A stretch of DNA of 32,000 nt, taken from positions 2,160,001-2,192,000 of the forward strand of contig NZ_CP045650.1 in assembly GCF_009557235.1 (NCBI RefSeq), read 5' to 3'. The stretch is from Acinetobacter wanghuae (GTDB lineage: Bacteria > Pseudomonadota > Gammaproteobacteria > Pseudomonadales > Moraxellaceae). How positions within the stretch are numbered: the stretch's first letter is position 1; each line of letters opens with the position of its first letter. Positions 26,497 to 32,000 of the stretch are shown here, piece after piece. A program made the translations under genes and the position numbers. Under the pieces are notes generated by a model. It searched no databases and was not told the DNA's origin. It was given only the letters and a program-made list of their open reading frames with translations.

Positions 26497-26774
26497 AATC
26501 TGCGATCGTCCGTCACATTTTAGTTAAAGATAAAGAGACTTGTGAACAGCTTAAAAGAAAGATCCAAGCTGGCGCTGACTTTGCCAAAATAGCCAAACAA
26601 TTTTCGACCTGTAACTCTGCTAAACGCGGTGGAGAACTTGGCGAAGTAAAAAAAGGGCAACTTGTTCCTGTCATTGATAAATTAGTGTTTACTGCTGCTG
26701 AACGTGTTTTGCATGGACCTGTGAAAAGTCAGTTTGGTTTTCATTTGGTGGAAATTAAATTTCGGATGGATTAA
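26493..26774 (+). CDS. ppiC: Parvulin-type peptidyl-prolyl cis-trans isomerase C
   Basis: 93 aa. RHILVK...ADFAKIAKQFS.C.SAKRGGELGE...GQLVP..D..VF...GP..SQFGFHLVE parallels E. coli PpiC. Its ATG overlaps the mutM stop (ATGA at 26493-26496). Confidence 0.9.
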   Translation: MKSAIVRHILVKDKETCEQLKRKIQAGADFAKIAKQFSTCNSAKRGGELGEVKKGQLVPVIDKLVFTAAERVLHGPVKSQFGFHLVEIKFRMD

Positions 26775-26775
26775 T

Positions 26776-26911
26776 AATCCCCCTAAGTCCCCCTTTACTA
26801 AAGGAGGACTTCTCCTCCTTTAGTAAAGGGAGGTTATTTTTAAATAGCTTAACCTCTCCCCTTGCGAAGCAGTGCTTCTCATCTCCTATAAGGAGAGGGA
26901 ACTTCAGGATT
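26776..26911. repeat. REP-like composite palindromic element (same family as 16704-16775)
   Basis: Starts aatccccc and ends ggatt. Internal hairpins are cccctttactaaaggagg, cctcctttagtaaagggagg and tctcctataaggaga. It lies between ppiC and the mscL terminator. Confidence 0.75.
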
Positions 26912-26942
26912 AAAAAAAACGGCGCATATAGCGCCGTTTTTT
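26912..26942. terminator. Bidirectional terminator between ppiC and mscL
   Basis: cggcgc (26920-26925) pairs with gcgccg (26931-26936), flanked by A8 and T6. Confidence 0.8.
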
Positions 26943-26953
26943 AATAAGAAGAA

Positions 26954-27385
26954 TTAACCTTTACGTTTTAATTCATCACGAATTTCGCGAAGCAATTCAA
27001 TATCTTCAGGTGTTGCTTCTGGTGCTGGTTCTTCTGGTGCATTACGGCGTAGTTTGTTCATGACTTTAACTAGCAAGAATACTACCCATGCCAATAACAA
27101 GAAGTTAATTAAAATGGTGAGGAAATTACCATAAGCAAAGACGTTTAAGCCTGCTTCTTGTGCAGCAGCCAATTGAGTCACATTGTTTGGGTTATCGCCA
27201 AGAACTAAGAACCAATTTGAATAATCAACTTCACCGCCTAAAATCCAGCTAATCAATGGCATGATGATGTCTTTCACCATTGAATCAATGATTTTACCAA
27301 AAGCACCACCGATGATGACACCGATTGCTAAATCCATAACATTGCCTTTAACAGCAAATTCTTTAAATTCTTGAATAATACTCAT
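26954..27385 (-). CDS. mscL: Large-conductance mechanosensitive channel
   Basis: [44 protein letters not shown] is the canonical MscL N-terminus. GAGGAA RBS. Confidence 0.95.
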   Translation of the reverse strand: MSIIQEFKEFAVKGNVMDLAIGVIIGGAFGKIIDSMVKDIIMPLISWILGGEVDYSNWFLVLGDNPNNVTQLAAAQEAGLNVFAYGNFLTILINFLLLAWVVFLLVKVMNKLRRNAPEEPAPEATPEDIELLREIRDELKRKG

Positions 27386-27508
27386 GGGTTTCCTCGTATT
27401 TATTTTTCCAAAATATGTGACGAATTATACATTATTTATTAGGGATATCATTTCGTTCTAATTTACGCTTTTTAAAATATTTTCCAATATTATTGCGCAT
27501 TTTTGATA

Positions 27509-27545
27509 CAAAAAAACCGCAATCTTCGAAAAGATTGCGGTTTTT
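27509..27545 (-). terminator. Rho-independent terminator after typA
   Basis: ccgcaatctt (27517-27526) pairs with aagattgcgg (27531-27540). The A-run at 27509-27516 is a T-run on the minus strand. Confidence 0.85.
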
Positions 27546-27570
27546 CATTCACCTATAAATAATTTAAAAA

Positions 27571-29406
27571 TTATTTACCACGGTTACGTTTACGTTCGTT
27601 TTCAGTCAACCAACGTTTACGGATACGGATTGATTTAGGTGTTACTTCAACTAATTCATCATCTTCGATGAATTCAAGCGCTTGTTCAAGCGTATATTCA
27701 ATTGCAGGAACAAGTGTTAACGCTTCGTCAGTACCAGATGCACGTACGTTTGTTAACTGTTTTGCTTTAGTTGGGTTTACAGCCATGTCGTCTGAACGTG
27801 AGTTAATACCAACGATCATACCTTCATATACTTCTAACTGTGGTTTCGCAAATAGACGACCACGGTCTTGAAGTGTGAATAACGCATAGCCAAGACATAC
27901 GCCTTGAACCATAGAAATCAATACACCGTTTTGACGTTTCGCAACAGTACCTTGTTTCATTGGACCGTAATGCGAGAAGCTAGACGTCATGATCCCTGTA
28001 CCAGAAGTCATGGTCAAGAATTCAGAACGGAAACCGATTAAGCCACGTGAAGGAACAGTTGCTTCAATACGGATACGGCCTTTACCGTCAACTTCCATAT
28101 TGGTCATTTCGCCTTTACGGAAGCCCAATTGTTCCATTACAGAACCTTGGTGTTGTTCTTCAACGTCAAAGGTTACGTTTTCATACGGTTCTTGCATTTG
28201 ACCGTCGATTTCTTTCAAGATTACTTGTGGACGAGATACGCCCATTTCGAAACCTTCACGACGCATGTTTTCGATCAATACTGAAAGGTGAAGTTCACCA
28301 CGACCAGATACTTTGAAACGGTCTGGACTATCAGTATCTTCAACACGTAATGCAACGTTATGAATTAATTCGCGATCTAGACGTTCACGGATATTACGTG
28401 AAGTTACGAACTTACCTTCTTTACCAGCAAACGGTGAGTTGTTTACTTGGAATGTCATCGATACAGTTGGTTCATCTACAGACAATGCAGGTAGTGCTTC
28501 AACATTTTTCGGATCACAAATTGTGTCAGAGATATGAAGTTCATCAATACCTGTTACACAAACGATATCGCCTGCATTTGCTTCTTCGATGTCAACACGA
28601 TCAAGACCATGGTAACCCATGATTTTTAAGATACGGCCGTTACGAGTCTTACCGTCTTTATCGATAACAGTCACTTGTGTGTTCAATTTTACTGAACCAC
28701 GTTGAATACGACCAACACCGATAACACCTACGAAGCTGTTATAGTCAAGTGAAGACACTTGCATTTGGAATGGACCGTCAACGTCAACTGCTGGTGGCTC
28801 AACGATGTCTACGATTGTTTGGAACAATGGTGTCATGTCATCAGCAAGTTCTTCTGGAGAAGGACCGGCAACACCACGAAGACCAGATGCATAAACAACT
28901 GGGAAGTCTAACTGTTCGTCAGTACCGCCTAAGTTATCGAACAAATCGAATACTTGGTCAATCACCCAATCAGGACGCGCGCTTGGTTTATCAACTTTGT
29001 TGATAATTACGATTGGTTTCAAACCACGTGCGAACGCTTTTTGCGTTACGAAACGAGTTTGTGGCATTGGACCTTCTTGTGAATCGACAAGAAGCAATAC
29101 GCAGTCAACCATAGAAAGTACACGTTCAACTTCACCACCGAAGTCGGCGTGTCCCGGGGTGTCCACGATGTTGATACGGTATTCAGTATTTGTACGAGCA
29201 TCAGTCCATTTAATTGCAGTGTTTTTTGCAAGAATGGTAATACCACGTTCAGACTCAATAGCGCCCGAATCCATCACACGTTCGATCTCGCCCGCGCGAT
29301 CGCCAAGAGCACCTGATTGCTGTAAAAGTTTGTCTACAAGAGTCGTTTTACCATGATCGACGTGCGCAATAATGGCAATGTTACGGAGAGTTTTAATATC
29401 TGACAT
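27571..29406 (-). CDS. typA: Translational GTPase TypA/BipA
   Basis: LRNIAIIAHVDHGKTTLVDKLLQQSG, DTPGHADFGGEVER and NKVD are present; length is 611 aa from the ATG at 29406. Confidence 0.95.
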   Translation of the reverse strand: MSDIKTLRNIAIIAHVDHGKTTLVDKLLQQSGALGDRAGEIERVMDSGAIESERGITILAKNTAIKWTDARTNTEYRINIVDTPGHADFGGEVERVLSMVDCVLLLVDSQEGPMPQTRFVTQKAFARGLKPIVIINKVDKPSARPDWVIDQVFDLFDNLGGTDEQLDFPVVYASGLRGVAGPSPEELADDMTPLFQTIVDIVEPPAVDVDGPFQMQVSSLDYNSFVGVIGVGRIQRGSVKLNTQVTVIDKDGKTRNGRILKIMGYHGLDRVDIEEANAGDIVCVTGIDELHISDTICDPKNVEALPALSVDEPTVSMTFQVNNSPFAGKEGKFVTSRNIRERLDRELIHNVALRVEDTDSPDRFKVSGRGELHLSVLIENMRREGFEMGVSRPQVILKEIDGQMQEPYENVTFDVEEQHQGSVMEQLGFRKGEMTNMEVDGKGRIRIEATVPSRGLIGFRSEFLTMTSGTGIMTSSFSHYGPMKQGTVAKRQNGVLISMVQGVCLGYALFTLQDRGRLFAKPQLEVYEGMIVGINSRSDDMAVNPTKAKQLTNVRASGTDEALTLVPAIEYTLEQALEFIEDDELVEVTPKSIRIRKRWLTENERKRNRGK

Positions 29407-29580
29407 GTATAATTCAATACGCTTTAAATTTGAGGGCAAATTATACAGAAAAATACAAAGTTTGGACAGTGACAGTTTGTGGTGATTGTCGATTTTTTTT
29501 CATGAATGCTTGCTTTTGCTTTTGTAATGGCGTGTAAACAGATTAGAATAGCGCCACCCAGCCTTAATTTGCATGCACAC

Positions 29581-30951
29581 ATGTCTGATTTTAATCAATC
29601 TCCTCAGTCAAAAGATGAACTCGATTTGGTCTATGGACTCGAAGATCGTCCAAAACCGTTGGTCGCTTTTTTAGCTGCATTCCAACATTTACTTGCCATT
29701 ATTGTACCTATTGTTACACCCGGGCTACTTATTTGCCTCGCATTGGGCGTCTCTAAAGAAGACACCAACATGATTTTATCCATGTCATTGGTGATCTCAG
29801 GTATCGCAACTTTCCTGCAATGTAAAAAAGTCGGACCGTTTGGCGCAGGTCTTCTTATTGTTCAAGGCACAAGTTTTAACTTTATCGGTCCCATCATCGG
29901 GATTGGTTCAGCGATGGTTGCCGCAGGTACCCCTGTTGAAGCAGTAATGGCCTCTATTTTTGGCGTGGTGATTGCAGGTGCTTTCATTGAAATGGGCGTT
30001 TCGCGTATTTTGCCTTGGGTAAAAAAACTGATTACACCATTGGTGACAGGCATTGTTGTGCTCCTCATTGGTTTGACGCTCATTAAGGAAGGTCTTATTT
30101 CAATGGGCGGTGGTTATCAAGCCATGGGCGATAAAACTTTCGCCAATGCCGACAACCTCATCATGTCATGTACTGTTTTAGCCCTGATTATTATTTTAAA
30201 TCGTGTGCGTGTAACTTGGGTAAAAAGCTCTGCGATTTTAATTGCTTTACTATGTGGTTATATTCTTGCTGGTTTCATGGGGCATTTAGACTTTTCGGGT
30301 TTAAACGAAGCAGCGATCGTACAAATTCCAACTCCGATGCATTTTGGTCTTAGCTTCTCATGGAGCTTATTTATTCCAATGGCATTTATCTACTTAGTGA
30401 CATCTTTAGAAGCGATTGGTGATATTACTGCGACTTCTAAGCTATCGAATCAACCGGTAGATGGTCAAACATGGATGCAACGTATTAAAGGTGGTGTATT
30501 GGTAAATGGTGCCAATTCATTCCTTGCTGGTATTTTCAATACTTTCCCAAGTTCAGTGTTTGCACAAAATAATGGTGTCATTCAATTGACCGGTGTTGCA
30601 AGTCGTTATGTGGGTATTTGGATTTCGGCATTGTTGGTGATTTTAGGCTTGATGCCTGTGGTTGCTGGTGTGATTCAAGCCGTGCCTCAAGCCGTGCTTG
30701 GTGGTGCTGTTATGGTGATGTTCGGTGCAGTCGCTGCATCAGGCATTAACATCTTGTCAGGTGTACATCTTGACCGCCGTGCCCTACTCATTATTGCCAT
30801 CTCTTTGGCATTGGGTTTAGGCGTTGCTCAAGTGCCACAAATTTTGGAACATCTTCCAGAATTATTCCGTAATATCTTTAGCTCTGGTGTTGCCACCGGT
30901 GGTATTGCTGCCCTTATTTTGAATATCGTTCTTCCTGAAGCGAAGAAGTAA
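29581..30951 (+). CDS. NCS2-family nucleobase (xanthine/uracil-type) permease
   Basis: About 456 aa from the ATG at 29581, multi-TM. Family-typical segments include LAAFQHLLAIIVPIVTPGL, ...EAIGDITAT... and FAQNNGVIQLTGVASR. Confidence 0.88.
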   Translation: MSDFNQSPQSKDELDLVYGLEDRPKPLVAFLAAFQHLLAIIVPIVTPGLLICLALGVSKEDTNMILSMSLVISGIATFLQCKKVGPFGAGLLIVQGTSFNFIGPIIGIGSAMVAAGTPVEAVMASIFGVVIAGAFIEMGVSRILPWVKKLITPLVTGIVVLLIGLTLIKEGLISMGGGYQAMGDKTFANADNLIMSCTVLALIIILNRVRVTWVKSSAILIALLCGYILAGFMGHLDFSGLNEAAIVQIPTPMHFGLSFSWSLFIPMAFIYLVTSLEAIGDITATSKLSNQPVDGQTWMQRIKGGVLVNGANSFLAGIFNTFPSSVFAQNNGVIQLTGVASRYVGIWISALLVILGLMPVVAGVIQAVPQAVLGGAVMVMFGAVAASGINILSGVHLDRRALLIIAISLALGLGVAQVPQILEHLPELFRNIFSSGVATGGIAALILNIVLPEAKK

Positions 30952-30964
30952 TTTCATTTCCCTA

Positions 30965-30999
30965 AAACACTGTTCGGGCATTGCTTGGACAGTGTTTTT
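30965..30999 (+). terminator. Rho-independent terminator after the permease gene
   Basis: acactgt (30967-30973) pairs with acagtgt (30989-30995), followed by TTTT. Confidence 0.65.
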
Positions 31000-31016
31000 G
31001 CAATGGAGAGATAAAA

Positions 31017-32000
31017 ATGGTTCCTCAAAGCGAAGTTCTGATTCGACAATACAATTATTTATCGGGTCGTGTGTTGTTTATCAATGCACCCACAGATGAC
31101 CTCTTAAGTCATTTAGAAGACAACATTGATCCGTCTGTGTGGACATGGAATTTTAACGACTTACAATATTTCCAGTCTCAACAAGCCAATGTTCATTTTG
31201 GTGTTGAATTCCCTGAAGGTGAATTTGACCAAGCTGTTATTTTTGTACCTAAATCAAAAGAAATGCTGAATTACTTGCTGCACAATGTGGCAAGTCATTT
31301 GGCAAAAGGCGCCTCTGTCTTCTTGGTGGGTGAAAAGAAAGGCGGCATCGAACGTGCTGCAAAACAATTATTGCCATTTGGTCAAAGTTTAAAGTTAGAC
31401 AGTGCGCGTCATTGTCAACTGTGGCAAATGACATTAGATGCAACCATTGCGAAAAAAGCGCTAAAAGATTGGGCGCAGCGTTATACTGTCGAAACACCAA
31501 ATGGTGAATTAAAGATTTGTGCCCTTCCCGGTGTATTCAGTCAAAATCGTTTGGATATTGGGACTGCAACGTTATTACCTTATTTGTCTCAAGTGACATC
31601 GGGTAAAATTGCGGACTTCGGTTGTGGTGCTGGGGTGATCAGTGCTTATTTGGCAAAACTCAATCCGAAAAATCGTATTTTCGCGATGGATGTTGATGCC
31701 TTTGCTTTAGCATCAACGCAAATGACGTTTGAAGAAAATCAGCTCACTCCTGAACAGATTGAAATCAAAGCCGTGACAGGGATTGCTGATGCCCCATTGT
31801 TCTTACATGCCATTGTCAGTAATCCCCCATTCCATATGGGCATCGAAACTGATTACAATGCCAGTGAAACATTGTGTAAAACATCACGTCGTCATTTAAA
31901 ATCGGGTGGCGAACTGTGGATTGTTGCCAATCGTTTCTTGAATTATCCAACTTTGATCGAACAAAACTTTGGTCGTTGTACGGTAAAAGCAGATCAACAA
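31017..32000 (+). CDS. rsmC: 16S rRNA (guanine1207-N2)-methyltransferase RsmC, 3'-truncated by the window edge
   Basis: GGAGAG RBS then the ATG at 31017, open in frame to 32000 (328 codons). [28 protein letters not shown] (SAM motif), SNPPFH and [16 protein letters not shown] parallel E. coli RsmC. It is not in the ORF track because it has no stop in the window. Confidence 0.9.
   Translation, partial: MVPQSEVLIRQYNYLSGRVLFINAPTDDLLSHLEDNIDPSVWTWNFNDLQYFQSQQANVHFGVEFPEGEFDQAVIFVPKSKEMLNYLLHNVASHLAKGASVFLVGEKKGGIERAAKQLLPFGQSLKLDSARHCQLWQMTLDATIAKKALKDWAQRYTVETPNGELKICALPGVFSQNRLDIGTATLLPYLSQVTSGKIADFGCGAGVISAYLAKLNPKNRIFAMDVDAFALASTQMTFEENQLTPEQIEIKAVTGIADAPLFLHAIVSNPPFHMGIETDYNASETLCKTSRRHLKSGGELWIVANRFLNYPTLIEQNFGRCTVKADQQ

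Noticed and set aside
31249-31500. 83-aa minus-strand ORF
   Set aside because: It is antisense to rsmC, which is missing from the track only because it runs off the right edge.

Overview
The window looks like chromosomal DNA from an AT-rich gammaproteobacterium. Gene content and the CCCCTCTTT/AAAGAGGGG-type intergenic palindromes fit Acinetobacter best, but that assignment is inference. About 25 kb (7.2-32 kb) is ordinary housekeeping DNA: HAD hydrolase, thiD, CHMI-like tautomerase, yjdM, rraB-like, rluA, DUF4126, acnD-type aconitase, ygfZ, Sel1-repeat protein, AEC transporter, OYE flavin reductase, OprB porin, mutM-ppiC, mscL, typA, NCS2 permease, rsmC. Most genes are separated by clean stem-loop terminators. 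The outstanding feature is missing from the supplied ORF track because it runs off the left edge. It is a single uninterrupted minus-strand reading frame from the ATG at 6731 to position 1 (2243 codons, C-terminus outside the window). It encodes a BapA-prefix N-terminus, a hydrophobic segment and about 9 Ig-like domains, including a 513-bp tandem unit that is 100% identical over about 2.45 copies. These are followed by a perfect (Asp-Ala)x308 tract and then a perfect (Asp-Ser)x>=355 tract. That gives more than 1,300 residues of strictly alternating acidic dipeptide, written in scrambled synonymous codons. The 667-aa plus-strand ORF in the track (4234..6237) is its antisense shadow. Secondary points of interest follow. 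A G7 homopolymer sits at codons 12-14 of the adhesin. An AT-rich single-gene insertion encodes a helical protein with a 2-TM C-terminal module, between acnD and DUF4126, next to an untracked 44-aa zinc-ribbon ORF. A DUF4041-like membrane-anchored coiled-coil protein lacks a nuclease domain. Two nested-palindrome REP-like elements are present. An unexplained GC-richer island lies in the 510-bp rluA-upstream gap. No rRNA, tRNA, CRISPR array, transposase or integrase was seen. All family assignments come from reading the translations and recalling family motifs; no database search was run.
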